The notes: generated by a model not told the origin, from the sequence alone. 64,000 nucleotides of DNA from Octopus sinensis (GCF_006345805.1 NC_043006.1:14942001-15006000), one strand, 5' to 3'; shown: positions 1 to 12,840, counted from the first letter of the stretch. Translations and numbers: made by a program.

Positions 1-590
1 ACCAATGCATTGGACGAAAGACGACACATAAAAGAAGGCAAAATGGAGTCGTCAGAAATAAAAGGTATAGCAAAAGGTTTAACAATAAAATTTAACAAAA
101 TTTCAACGAGAAAAATTCTCCAATAGGAGAAAATTTTGAGGGGAATCTCACACAAAACCTCGGACATCTCTGCCATATCCAAAGGTATCAAAAGTGTTAT
201 CAATAATGGTATATAATTTAGGCACAAGGCCAGCAGTTTTGAGGGGAGTTAATCGACTGCCTTCACCCTAGTACTTGAGTGGTACTTTATCTTATCGACT
301 CTGAAGAGATGAGAAGTAAAGTTGACCTCGAAGATCCAGGACAAATACCGCAAGGTATCCTCCCCTTCCCCCACATTAACGATTCTGCTAATCATGGTTC
401 TAACAACTCAGAATGAGGAATGACGAAATTGACTTCAGGTGGATTTGAATTCTGAACGCAAAGTGTCGGAACGAATGCTCGAATGTTGAGAGTAATGTTC
501 TGACACTCGAACGAGTCTGTCAATTATGATATCTTTTATTGTCCATAACAGCGCAAAACGTTAGGAGACAGTACAATAGCTAGAAACAAG

Positions 591-615
591 AGTAGTAGTA
601 GTAGTAGTAGTAGTA

Positions 616-652
<37 letters not shown>

Positions 653-670
653 TAATAATAATAATAATAA
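591..670. repeat. (TAG)n-(TAA)n microsatellite, tail of adjacent SINE
   Basis: Direct reading of the sequence. Confidence 0.95.
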
Positions 671-875
671 TCCTTTCTACTATACGTACAAGGTCAAAAA
701 TTTTTGTGGCTGGAGTAGCCAATTACATCGACCCGAGTGCTCAACTGGTACTCATTTTATCGACGCCGAAAGGTAAAGTCAACCTCGGTAGAATTTGAAC
801 TCAGAACGTAAAGACGGACAAAACACTGCTAAGCGCTTTGTCCAGAGTGCTGACGGTTCTGCCAGCTCGCCACCT
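671..875 (-). mobile_element. Diverged tRNA-derived SINE (SINE-A-related, ATT-tailed variant); older fragments also at ~220-470
   Basis: Reverse complement contains ggcgagctggcagaac head, gagttcaaatt B box and the gtcgatgtaattg / ccttgtacgtatagtagaaagga tail seen in other copies. Confidence 0.75.
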
Positions 876-1254
876 CAATAACAAATATAACAATGAAATA
901 ACAATTAGAAACTGTCCCCAAATAGGGTAGGGAACCACCTAAGATAATTCGGGCGTAAGAAGCCCTTAGAAAGTTATGGATTACTTTGCCGCATCAAAGG
1001 CTTCGAAAACGCTATCTATTAGTGTTCTTGTTCAGAGCTGCATAATCTAAGTAAGCTCTTTAGTAAAACACATTGCAAGACAGTATCTCTCCGACTCCAT
1101 CCTCATGCTGCTCTTGAGATGATATCTGAAGAAGCTGATGAGGGCTCGGCCAGAGAGAAAAGAACCCTGTGCTTGAATCTTTCGACTATTTTCCTATACC
1201 TTAAAAATAAAACCTCAAAACACAAAAACAAAATCAGACAGCGGAAAACTGTCC

Positions 1255-1620
1255 GCCCTTCCGAGCCAATGAAAGGCGGCGAATCATTCTTCACAACAGA
1301 CTCAGCTGATAGCCGGATCCACCCTACACGTGACAACAGCTGTTCGATACGAGCCCACCAAGTCGGCAATGTCAGTCATTGAACAAGTACGTGTGTAGGA
1401 CGATTTTCGACGGTCGGCGCACAGCTCGAAAATTAAATGCTTGACTGAGTTTGGTACATCTGCTGACGCCTCCTTGCACCATTGACAGGTCAAGAAATTT
1501 CGGAAATAACCTTTGATTTCCGTCCTTGCAGAAAAAAAGCAAGTGCACACTGTCCGGAATCGTTCCCAGCTCACATTGTCTTATAAATTTCTATAGAATT
1601 ATGACAGTTGAATCTTCACA
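1255..1620. promoter_or_regulatory. Unique, CpG-richer island with CCAAT box and clustered E-boxes (candidate promoter/enhancer)
   Basis: CCAAT 1266; CAGCTG 1303 and 1337; CACGTG 1327; CATCTG 1457; TGACAG 1483 and 1602; not repeated elsewhere in the window. Confidence 0.25.
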
Positions 1621-2089
1621 GACCGCACCGTTCTCTCTGAAAGCAGAGTGCAAAGTGAATGCCTGGCACCGTTCCAGACGCTTTTATTACCACCAGGGAC
1701 ACCGATGAAAACATATAATAATGCTGGATGAATAAAACGAACATTAAGGGAACCCGACCAACCAACCAAACATTAATGCATTCATACAAGGGTGGCGGCG
1801 GGGTGGGGTGCGGAAGGTAAAGGAAATATATCGACCCCCCAGTAATTAAATAGTAATTACTTTATCGCTATCAGAAGTATTAAACGACAAATTCGACCCC
1901 GGTGAGATGTAAATAAATACTGCAAAATATATCGATCGGTTCGCAGCCGATTTTTGGTACAATTCTCTCCTAATATGTATGTATATAATTATCCGTGAAG
2001 GAATGTATATCTGTATGTTATTTATATATACGTTAATTAGTTACGTGATGTTATATACGAGTAAATATATTTACATATGTGCGTGTGTG

Positions 2090-2149
<60 letters not shown>

Positions 2150-2339
2150 AGCATGTATATATATATATATATGTAAGCATGTATGTTTATATATGTACGT
2201 ACATATGTGTGACTTTATGTCTATACTGCCTCCTGTTGTTTAATACGAAATGTAGGTGATGATAATTAACGTCGGCATTGAAAAATAAGATAGAAAGATC
2301 ACTCGACAGATGGATAGAGGAGAGAAAGAGAAAGAGGCG

Positions 2340-2376
<37 letters not shown>

Positions 2377-2517
2377 GGAAATATACATACATACATATAT
2401 ACACACATATATACATACATACACATATATATATATATGCATACTAGTGCAACGCACGAAACTCTGGAAGCGTGAGTCACTTTCTTACCTCTGCTAAAAT
2501 ATTAATATATTTAGCGC

Positions 2518-2680
2518 GGTCACTTAGCGGTTCGGCAAAAGGAGACCGATAGAATAAGTACTGGCTGGGCTTACAAAAGAATAAGTCCCCGGGGGGGGGG
2601 GGCGTCGATTTGCTCGATCGACTAAAAAAGGCGGTGCTCCAGCATGGCTGCAGTCAAATGACTGAAACAAGTAAAAGAGT
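2518..2680 (+). mobile_element. SINE-B 3' fragment
   Basis: Matches the 3' half of the full copies (cttagcggttcggcaaaa...aaacaagtaaaagagta). Confidence 0.85.
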
Positions 2681-3328
2681 ATGTATATATACATATATAT
2701 AATGTGAGGTAGGTATACGAATAGAGAATTGGTACTAACGGAAAATCGTGGTGAAGAAAGCAGGAATGGATAGAAATTGTTGAACAAATGAATGGAAAAA
2801 AGAGTTCGCTTACTTGCTATTTATCGCTTGTTACAAGGGAGAGAGAGAGAGAGAAGATACAGTTGCTACATGTTCTGTATTTATATCCAAAAACCTTCCA
2901 CTTGTAGTCGTAGAAGCAAATCTGCGTTTCCTTCCCCTCCTCTTGGCCTCATCACTTACACTCAACTCTCTCGCTCACACTTTAAAAATCTCCCACACCA
3001 CACTCAGTCACACGCTCCCTCTCTCCCTCCCTCCCTCCTTCACTCACTCACTCACTGTTTCGCGTTTTCCTTTTTTTTTATTTATTTATTTATTTATTTT
3101 GGAGTTGTTGTTCGTCTTGTGAGAGTGAACGTTGCTTAGTTCCGAGTAAGCTCTGATAAAGCAAAGCTCTTCACGAAGAGATTGTGTGTGTGTGTACGTA
3201 TATTCATATATGTGTGCGTATATTTATATATGTGTATGTGTGTATGTGAGTGTGTGTGTGTGTGTATCTATACTCTTTACTCTCTTTTACTTGTTTCAGA
3301 CATTTGTGGCCATGCTGGAGCACCATAC

Positions 3329-3367
<39 letters not shown>

Positions 3368-3625
3368 TGGTGATGCATGTATACTGTATATTATGCGTTT
3401 GTATAAGTGTGTGTGTGTGTGTGTATAAATATGGCATAAATATTTCTGCGTGTGTTAATGAATGTCTGTGTATGTCTATCAATCTGTCTGTCTGTCTACA
3501 TATTGTATATATATATATATGTATGCTTGTATGTATAAGCGCGTGTACACACACATACAATACATATGCATATAACAAATGTATATACACACACACACAA
3601 CACACACGCACACACACACACACAC

Positions 3626-3716
<91 letters not shown>

Positions 3717-4696
3717 TGGTGTATGCGTATTATGCGTATAAATTAGGTATTCCGTGTATAATAAATTACAAAATTTACAACCGCCCAGCCAGCCATTTAG
3801 TAGACAAGAGTCTCAATAGTTGAATATCCCAGGCAAAAATTAAAAAATAATTATTGAATTATTGTAAATGCTTACGCTTGCTGTCAGCGACCGTTTCCAC
3901 AAGAGCAGCCATGAATGGGTTAGGTTGTTGTTTTTGTTTTTGTTTTTGTTGTTGTTTTTCCCCCAAAATCCTTTTTTACGTATGATTAACACACTGCCTT
4001 TTTGCTATAAGAAGCAATAATAATCAAATACTGGAAATAGCATTTGGCTCATTTCCATTCATATATTTATACATGATTATCATTTTCATCATCACCATAA
4101 TCATCATCATCATCATCATCATCATCATTATTATTATTATTATTATCCATATTGTTATTATTATTAGGTTTATCGCTGCTCGCTGTTCATTGGTCGAGCG
4201 AGGAGGAGTGGGAGGAGGAGGAGAGGGAATAGAAATGGAGGAAGGTAAGCGTCGTTATAGCAGCAGTAGAGCAGCTGTTGTTGTTGTTCTTGCTGTTGTA
4301 CTCCACCAATTTCCCCCCCCCCTCTCTCTCTGTCTCTCTGTCTTTACACAGGTCGGCTCTCCTGATCGAAACAAACATAGATATATATATATTCATTCCA
4401 GCCATGACTCGCTACCCCTATTTTTTTCTCTTCTCCTTCTTCTTCTTTTCTTTTTAAAGGGGAGAATCTAGGACGCCGTTCATTATCTTGCCTTTATGTG
4501 TCATTCAAGCATTAAGACACGGGGGGAAAGGTGATTTGGAGAGAAGGAACAGTTTACTCTTTTCCTAGCAGACCGAGCAACTACGTACAGGTTCTGGCGC
4601 TTTGTCAGTAGTTGTACGGCTATGGTCATGGTAATGTGTGTTGTTGTTGTTGTTGTTGTTATTGTTTTCGTTATCATCATCATCATTATTATTATT

Positions 4697-5292
4697 AAGG
4701 CAACGAGCTGGCAGAAACGTTAGCACGCCGGGCGAAATGCGTAGCCGTATCTTGTCTGTCGTTACGTTCTGAGTTCAAATTCCGCCGAGGTCGACTTTGC
4801 CTTTCATCCTTTCGGGGTCGATAAATTAAGTACCAGTTACGTACTGGGGTCGATGTAATCGACCTAATACCTATGTCTGTCCTTGTTTGTCCCCTCTGTC
4901 TTTAGCCCCTTGTGGGTAATAAAGAAATAGGTATTTCGTCTGCCGCTACGTTCTGAGTGCAAATTCCGCCGAGGTCGACTTTGCCTTTTATCCTTTCGGG
5001 GTCGATTAAATAAGCACTAATCACGCACTGGGGTCGATATAATCGACTTAATCCGTTTGTCCTTGTTTGTCCCCTCTGTGTTTAACCCCTTGTGTGTAGT
5101 AAAGAAATAGGTATGTCGTCTGTCTTTATGTTCTGAGTTCAAATTCCGCCGAGGTCGACTTTGCCTTTCATCCTTTCGGGGTCGATAAATTAAGCACTAG
5201 TTACGCTCTGGGGTCGATATAATCGACTTAATCCGTTTGTCTGTCCTTGTTTGTCCCCTCTGTGTTTAGCCCCTTGTGGGTAATAAACAAAT
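4697..5292 (+). mobile_element. SINE-A with three head-to-tail ~181-bp body monomers
   Basis: One tRNA-like head followed by three gtatttcgtc...gagttcaaattcc...aataaagaaatag units. Confidence 0.9.
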
Positions 5293-5491
5293 AAGAATCG
5301 TTAGCACGCCGGGCGAATTGCTCAGCGGCGTTTTGTCTGTCTTCACCTTCAAGGTTCAAATTCCGCCGAGTCGACTTTGCCTTTCATCCTGTCGGTAGTC
5401 GATAAATTAAGTACCAGTTACGCACTGGGGTCGATATAATCGACTAGTCCCCTCTCTACAAATTTCGGGCCTTGTGCTTTTAGTAGAAAGT

Positions 5492-5592
<101 letters not shown>

Positions 5593-5877
5593 TGCTGTTG
5601 TTGTTGTTATCCGGATACCTATGATCAAGTAGATCTATGAGCAAAGGCGCTCCGGCTATGACCTTCTCGATTTTTTTTTTCTTTTATACTCAGTGTATAT
5701 AATAAGACTACATTATCCATATCTCAAATATATTTTTTTAAAACAATACATCGGTGATTTGAGCGAGATTTGGCCATTATTTCTTGCAGACCAACGCTGA
5801 GGCTCCGTTATTGGTTATGTTCATAACTGCGGCGACAGCGATGGCGGCTCGGTCGTCATGGTAATATTGCATGGTAC

Positions 5878-6472
5878 CGGCGAGCTGGCAGAGACGTTAG
5901 CACGACGGGCGAAATGCGTAGCCGTATTTTGTCTGTCGTTACGTTCTGAGTTCAAATTCCGCCGAGCCGAGGTCGACTTTGCCTTTCATCCTTTCGGGGT
6001 CGATAAATAAGCACTAGTTACGCTCTGGGGTCGATATAATCGACTTAATCCGTTTGTCTGTCCTTGTTTGTCCCCTCTGTCTTTAGCCCCTTGTGGGTAA
6101 TAAAGAAATAGGTATTTCGTCTGCCGCTACGTTCTGAGTGCAAAATCCGCCGAGGTCGACTTTGCCTTTTATCCTTTCGGGGTCGATTAAATAAGCACTA
6201 ATCACGCACTGGGGTCGATATAATCGACTTAATCCGTTTGTCCTTGTTTGTCCCCTCTGTGTTTAACCCCTTGTGTGTAGTAAAGAAATAGGTATTTCGT
6301 CTGTCTTTATGTTCTGAGTTCAAATTCCGCCGAGGTCGACTTTGCCTTTCATCCTTTCGGGGTCGATAAATTAAGCACTAGTTACGCTCTGGGGTCGATA
6401 TAATCGACTTAATCCGTTTGTCTGTCCTTGTTTGTCCCCTCTGTGTTTAGCCCCTTGTGGGTAATAAACAAA
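5878..6472 (+). mobile_element. SINE-A trimer, second copy, with chimeric head
   Basis: Same layout as 4697-5292; head diagnostic bases switch at ~5906-5909. Confidence 0.88.
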
Positions 6473-6670
6473 TAAGAATCGTTAGCACGCCGGGCGAATT
6501 GCTCAGCGGCGTTTTGTCTGTCTTCACCTTCAAGGTTCAAATCCGCCGAGTCGACTTTGCCTTTCATCCTGTCGGTAGTCGATAAATTAAGTACCAGTTA
6601 CGCACTGGGGTCGATATAATCGACTAGTCCCCTCTCTACAAATTCGGGCCTTGTGCTTTTAGTAGAAAGT

Positions 6671-6763
<93 letters not shown>

Positions 6764-7352
6764 TTATTTGCTGTTGTTGTTGTTATCCGGATACCTATGA
6801 TCAAGTAGATCTATGAGCAAAGGCGCTCCGGCTATGACCTTCTCGATTTTTTTTTCTTTTATACTCAGTGTATATAATAAGACTACATTATCCATATCTC
6901 AAATATATTTTTTTAAAACAATACATCGGTGATTTGAGCGAGATTTGGCCATTATTTCTTGCAGACCAACGCTGAGGCTCCGTTATTGGTTATGTTCATA
7001 ACTGCGGCGACAGCGATGGCGGCTCGGTCGTCATGGTAATATTGCATGGTACCGGCGAGCTGGCAGAGACGTTAGCACGACGGGTGAAATGCTTAGCGGT
7101 ATTTCGTCTGTCTTTACGTTCTGAGTTCAAATTCCGCCGAGGTTGACTTTGCATTAGGTACCATTCCTGCCGGACCAGCGTCACCATATTGTTCGATCTT
7201 TTAAAAAATGAGTCAAATGTCTCTCAAATATTGACTCAAGTATTTATTTCGATATTGCATATTATTTTATCGTATGCTATCTGACGAACCGCTATGTTAC
7301 AAGACATAGTGAGACCAAGCTCGGACAGACGCCTATTCACACGCATATACAT

Positions 7353-7414
<62 letters not shown>

Positions 7415-7422
7415 GTGTGTGT

Positions 7423-7812
7423 GCAGGAGTGGCTGTATGGTAAGTAGCTTGCTTACCAACCACATGGTTCCGGGTTCAGTCCCACTGCGTGGCATCTTGG
7501 GCAACTGTCTTCTGCTATAGCTTCGGGCCGACCAATGCCTTGTGAGTGGATTTGGTTGACGGAAACTGAAAGAAGCCTGTCGTATATATGTATATATATA
7601 TATATATGTATGTGTGTGTATATGTTTGTGTGTCTGCTTGTCCCCCTAGCATTGCTTGACAACCGATGCTGGTGTGTTTACGTCCCTGTTACTTAGCGGT
7701 TCGGCAAAAGAGACCGATAGAATAAGTACTGGGCTTACAAAGAATAAGTCCCGGGGTCGATTTGCTCGACTAAAGGCGGTGCTCCAGCATGGCCGCAGTC
7801 AAATGACTGAAG
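7423..7812 (+). mobile_element. SINE-B, full length (tRNA head + CORE-like segment + internal TA/TG microsatellite + tail)
   Basis: A box tggctgtatgg, B box ggttcagtccc, CORE-like catcttgggcaactgtctt. Confidence 0.9.
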
Positions 7813-7948
7813 AAAATAACAGAATATTTATGTGTGTGTTGTTTGTATTCGTGCCCCTTATACAGTAAAAAAAACTGTATAAGGCTACGAATACAAGCAG
7901 CTTAGTAAGCGAACCCATATACATACACAAACACACATACAATAACTA

Positions 7949-7990
<42 letters not shown>

Positions 7991-8018
7991 CAAAATAAGC
8001 AACAAATATATCTGAGGT

Positions 8019-8118
8019 AATGTGGTACGATCGTTTCATGCTACTTCATTTTATTGAACACTGTAAGCTGTAAGCATTACATCAGTTTTAAAATGTCGAG
8101 CAATCTTCAGCCACCTTT
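8019..8118 (-). ncRNA. Type I hammerhead ribozyme motif (inverted copy of 8292-8382)
   Basis: Reverse complement gives ggtgg-CTGAAGA-long helix II-GAAA-cgatcg-TA-ccac. Confidence 0.65.
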
Positions 8119-8291
8119 AGGAATTTTCCAATCAAACAGACAATGCACATTCTTATCAGAGAGTATATTTAATACTCTCATGTTTTTAAGAATGAAATCA
8201 ACCTCTCTGCCTGTATATCTACCCTCTTTATAATGTTGGAAAACGAAATAAGGATAAGAATGTGCATTGTCCGTTTGATTGGAAAATTCCT

Positions 8292-8382
8292 AAAGGTGGC
8301 TGAAGATTGCTCGACATTTTAAAACTGATGTAATGCTTAGTGTTTAATAAAATGAAGTAGCATGAAACGATCGTACCACATT
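8292..8382 (+). ncRNA. Type I hammerhead ribozyme motif with ~50-nt insert in helix II
   Basis: Helix I gtgg/ccac; CTGAAGA 8300-8306; helix II tgct/agca; GAAA 8364; palindromic helix III ACGATCGT; GUA site. Confidence 0.7.
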
Positions 8383-8504
8383 ACCTCGGATATACTTGTT
8401 GCTTATTTTGATTGTAATCACCCCATGGATTTATATGGATAATACCATACAAAATTCTGGTACCATATTCATGTGAATCTAAATTTTGCTGAACTATACA
8501 CACA

Positions 8505-8850
8505 CAGTAATCCTTCGCCACATCGCGATTCACCTATCGCGGTTCATCTATCGCGGTTTATTATTCAAGCTTACGTCGATTCCTCTGCGGTGTTGTTTTG
8601 CATTTATAATAAAATAAATATATAAAAATTTATAAAAATAATAAAAATATACAGTACTGTTTCTACTTCGTGGATTTTCACCTATCGCGTAGGAGTGGCT
8701 GTGTGGTAAGTAGCTTGCTAACCAACCACATGGTTCCGGGTTCAGTCCCACTGCGTGGCACCTTGGGCAAGTGTCTTCTGCTATAGCCCCGGGCCGACCA
8801 ATGCCTTGTGAGTGGATTTGGTAGACGGAAACTGAAAAAAGCCTGTCGTA

Positions 8851-8893
<43 letters not shown>

Positions 8894-8956
8894 TTTTATC
8901 TAGTTTCAGCTCAAGAGCTGTGGCCATGCTGGGGAACCGCCATTTTATATATATAT

Positions 8957-9017
<61 letters not shown>

Positions 9018-9304
9018 ATATGTGTGTGTGTATGTGTATATGTTCGTGTGTCTGGGTTTGTCCCCCACAACATCGCTTGACAACCGATGCTGGTGTGTTT
9101 ACGTCCCCGTAACTTAGCGGTTCGGCAAAAGAGACCGATAGAATAAGTACCGGGCTTACCAAGAATAAGTCCTGGGGTCGATTTGCTCGACTAAAAAGGT
9201 GGTGCTCCAGCATGGCCACAGTCAAATGACTGAAACAAGTAAAAGCGTATCGCGCGGGGTAGTGATGTTGGAACGTAACACTCGCGATAGTCGTGGGATT
9301 ACTG
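8505..9304. mobile_element. Tc1/pogo (Tigger-like) MITE interrupted by a SINE
   Basis: Imperfect TIRs cagtaatccttcgccacatcgcg / cgcgatagtcgtgggattactg followed by TA. Confidence 0.65.
8690..9247 (+). mobile_element. SINE-B nested in the pogo-like MITE
   Basis: Full head and tail; 7-bp TSD tatcgcg at 8683-8689 and 9248-9254. Confidence 0.9.
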
Positions 9305-9330
9305 TACACACACACACACATATTAAAATT

Positions 9331-9649
9331 GAGGGCGCGTGGCTTAGTGGTTAGGGCATTCGGCTCATGATCGTAAGGTTGTGAGTTCGATTCCCGGCGA
9401 CGCGTTGTGTCCTTGAGCAAGACACTTTATTTCACGTTGCTCCAGTCCACTCAGCTGGCAAAAATGAGTTGTACCTGTATTTCAAAGGGTCAGCCTTGTC
9501 ACTCTCTGTGTCACGCTGATTATCCCCGAGAACTACGTTAAGGGTACACGTGTCTGTGGAATGCTCAGCCATTTGCACGTTAATTTCACGAGCAAGCTGT
9601 TCCGTTGATCGTATCAGCTGGGACCCTCGTCGTCGTAACCGGCGGAGTC
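9331..9649 (+). mobile_element. tRNA-derived SINE (C/D-type head, C-type tail)
   Basis: A box tggcttagtgg, B box gagttcgattcc, CORE-like gtgtccttgagcaagacacttta, tail ctcgtcgtcgtaacc shared with SINE-C copies. Confidence 0.85.
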
Positions 9650-9906
9650 TTTAATAATATTAGAATTGATCAAAGGACAAACTCTTATTGAAATTGCCAA
9701 AATGTTATTTCCAGAAGATAGATATACGTACTTAGTATGTCCTTTTAATCCTTCAGCTACTTGATGCTTTTGGTATGTGGGTGGGTGGGGCTGCAATCGC
9801 CTATATTATTGATTCTGTTATTATCATTTTCAAATTGTTAAACTAGATAATATCAGAGTCAATAGTATCTTCGCAAATTATGTTTTCGTGAATTATTTGA
9901 TCCGTA

Positions 9907-9937
<31 letters not shown>

Positions 9938-9942
9938 GTACA

Positions 9943-10327
9943 TCTCTCTATATATAAACGGCAGTTTGTCTGTGCGTGTTTCTGCGTGTCTGTTTGCTTG
10001 TACCCTCACCCTGACCACGGCTTTCAACCGATTCTGATGAAACTTGACACACACATAGCCCAATGTCATAATTCAAAACTAACGCAGCGAAAATTTTGAA
10101 AAGTTCCCCCAGTTCTGAAAAAAATCGATAAATTCGACATGGGGTCGAGAATCAGAAACACAAACCGCAAACTGTCTAGGGGACGCAACTCCACCTTTTT
10201 TCACTCTCAAAAAAATTTTAACATCATTTTTTCCCATTTTTTTGCTATTTTTTGGCTATAACTCTCTAAAAATGCTTTATAGTTATTTCCCTTACAAACC
10301 TGAGCAACGCCGGGCGATACTGCTAGT
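9943..10327 (+). mobile_element. Non-autonomous Helitron/DINE-like element
   Basis: 5' TCTCTATATATAAA, gtctgt repeats, subterminal hairpin cctgagcaacgccggg, 3' CTAG at 10323-10326. Confidence 0.75.
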
Positions 10328-10408
10328 ACATATATATTTATAAGATACGAAATATATATATTTCGTATCTTATCTAAATTAACTGTTATTTAACCATCTT
10401 CTCGCACC

Positions 10409-10456
10409 GTCTCCGATGAAGGGATATAATAAATATCCTAGAAACAGCTGTAAGAC
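10409..10456 (+). ncRNA. Minimal type I hammerhead motif, CCGAUGA core variant
   Basis: Helix I gtct/agac; CCGATGA 10413; 7-bp helix II; GAAA 10441; palindromic helix III ACAGCTGT; GUA site. Confidence 0.7.
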
Positions 10457-10519
10457 CTATTTATAAATGTTATAAAATCTACACAGTCTTGGTTTGTTAT
10501 CTCATTACGAAAAAAATGT

Positions 10520-10663
10520 TTTATATACACACGCTGATATATGACCTAAGTTGGACTCCTTATTCGCATAATCACCGAACCTGGAAGTTAACTATGGTCT
10601 ATCCATAACACTTATTCAGCATTGCCTGACACCTTTGGGTCTCACTGACATTACCTCTCATAA

Positions 10664-10665
<2 letters not shown>
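10520..10665 (+). repeat. Dispersed repeat related to 47790-47935 (minus), next to PLE-derived sequence in both places
   Basis: Shared ttattcgca...ttaactatggtct...cacttattcagcatt.cctgacacctttgggtctca. Confidence 0.7.
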
Positions 10666-10715
<50 letters not shown>

Positions 10716-11465
10716 AAGTACGTGCCGTGAGTAATTACTCAGGGTAGGCTGTTGGTGATGTTTATGTAGAAAATCACGCCAAAAAAAGAAAAAGCGAAAC
10801 AGGCGCGCGACTGAGTTGTAGGTAGATTTACTTCTGGTTTTATTGCTCGTATAGAAAACGTTCTTGTAGGAATGTGCGCAGCATGTGCACCACAACAATA
10901 CTATGCGTAGTTTTAATACTGGGATTGAAAACAAAATTGTTGCCTTTTATCCACAGTAATCAGAGTAACCTTTGTAATACAACAGTAAATTACAAGTTAA
11001 GAGATCTAGAGTTGATAGATAAGAAACCGAGAAAACTACTGTCCTAAATCTCGCATCTGCTGTTCCAAAACTGACATATATTGTTAAGATATACCTACTA
11101 AGTACACACTGATCAAGAGCTTCTGTAAATATATATATCTTCTCTTGTCTTGTAACGACATTCAACGGGAGGTGTTTAACCTGATTCTATAGAAATTTCA
11201 AGTTATGATCAAAGTCCACGAAAACTGTTCCGCCTGTATTTGTAAACCACCAAACACGACTGGTGGAAGGCTGTCCACTTGTTACGCCTTCTCGCTGCAG
11301 GATGCGCGTAGACGCGATTCAAAGCTATCAAGACGCCGCCATATGTATGTATGTACGTACGTACGTACGTACGTGTGCATGTATGTATGTATGTATGTAT
11401 GTATGTATGTATGTATGTATGTATGTATGTATGTATTCGAAAGTAACGATTGCATACACGCGGTG

Positions 11466-11491
11466 TTTAGGGTTAGGGTTAGGATTAGGGT

Positions 11492-11545
<54 letters not shown>

Positions 11546-11559
11546 ATTTAGGGTTAGGG
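11466..11559 (+). repeat. Interstitial telomere-like array, TTAGGG mixed with TTTAGGG
   Basis: About 15 units; recurring TTTAGGG-TTAGGG-TTAGGG 19-mer. Confidence 0.95.
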
Positions 11560-11606
11560 TTTTTGTTACGTCGAAAACGGGTGGTGTATGTATTCTTTAA
11601 TCCCAT

Positions 11607-11651
<45 letters not shown>

Positions 11652-11687
11652 AATATATACATACATACATACACACACCACACACAC

Positions 11688-11744
<57 letters not shown>

Positions 11745-11749
11745 TATAC

Positions 11750-11960
11750 ATATTATATAAAATCCGTTCTGTCTGTGTGTGTGTGTGTATGTGTGTGTGT
11801 GTGTGTGTGTGTGTTCTAGGATCTCGGGCATCCTCCATCCTATTGTCCTCAAATTTGATATGTAAATACCGACGGTATCAGGGCGTGTATAAGTCTTGAA
11901 AAAAATTACAAAAATCGATTCCAGGTGAGAATGCGATCGATAAAGTCGATTTTGACCTTT
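11750..11960 (+). mobile_element. Helitron/DINE-like 5' fragment
   Basis: tatataaaatccgttctgtctgt(gt)n followed by a tcctcaaatttgatatg block typical of such elements. Confidence 0.45.
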
Positions 11961-12340
11961 TCTTCCGTCAACCTGTACATAACTGCACCTTCCATTTTTT
12001 GTTGTTTTTGTACTGCTTGAAGGCACGTTTCTTTCCTGCCAAGCTTACTATTTAAACCATGTTTGTGTTCTCCCAGTCAACAGCCTTATCATTACTTGTA
12101 CTTTAAACTCTTCGGTTGCATATTTGTGTGAATAAAATCGTTTTTCTTTGATGTAGAAAAAAGTCTATCTTTATTTTTTGTTTTGCTGGTGTCTCAAATT
12201 TAGGTTAAATCAGTGTTTCTCAAAAGGGAGGCCTTGTGGGACGGTCGGACAAGTTGTTTTGAGAAAATTTGGTTTAAATGTTTGACAACTCAGCACCATC
12301 CCTTGGAAGGGGGCGGTTTGCTCGTATATATATATATAAT

Positions 12341-12712
12341 CTTTTACTCTTTTATTTGTTTCAGTCATTTGACTGTGGTCATGATGGATCACCGCCTTTA
12401 GTCGAACAAAACGACCCAGGACTCATTCTTTGTAGGCCTGGTACTTATTCTATCGGTCTCTTTTGCCGAACAGCTAAAGTACGTGGACTTAAGCCCACCA
12501 GCATCGGTTGTCAAGCGATGGTGGTGGGACAAACACACACATACATATATACAACGGGCTTCATTCAGTTTCCGTCTGCCAAATCCACTCACAAGGCTTT
12601 GGTCGGCCCGAGGCTATAGGAGAAGGCACTTTTCCAAGGTTCCACGCAGTGGGACTGAACCCGGTACCATGTTTTTGGTAAGCAGCCTACTTACCATACA
12701 GCCACTCCTGCA
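12341..12712 (-). mobile_element. SINE-B
   Basis: Reverse complement of the SINE-B consensus. Confidence 0.88.
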
Positions 12713-12840
12713 CTCATGTGACTATAAAGTATGTAGAATCAATAAAAAAATATTCGATGAATAACCACTCACCCAACTAGCCGAGAAAATTTGTCAACCT
12801 CAACACAGCTGTTACTGAATTTTTCCTAAACAATCATACA

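Larger units (their letters stand above)
7988..8413. mobile_element. (TA)n-adjacent fold-back element: ~165-bp inverted arms (7988-8157, 8253-8413), 95-bp spacer, one hammerhead per arm
   Basis: Arms are reverse complements apart from a short duplication and a few substitutions. Confidence 0.9.

Noticed and set aside
1130-1170. CTGATGA...GAAA near 1134
   Set aside because: No helix I or III pairing
4230-4470. Apparent donor (GAAG|gtaagc) and acceptors (ttacacag, tttttaaag)
   Set aside because: Joined frame ends after a few codons; surrounded by low-complexity sequence
11466-11559. True telomere or chromosome-fusion scar
   Set aside because: Short, internal, single orientation, variant-rich; similar motifs occur within MITEs
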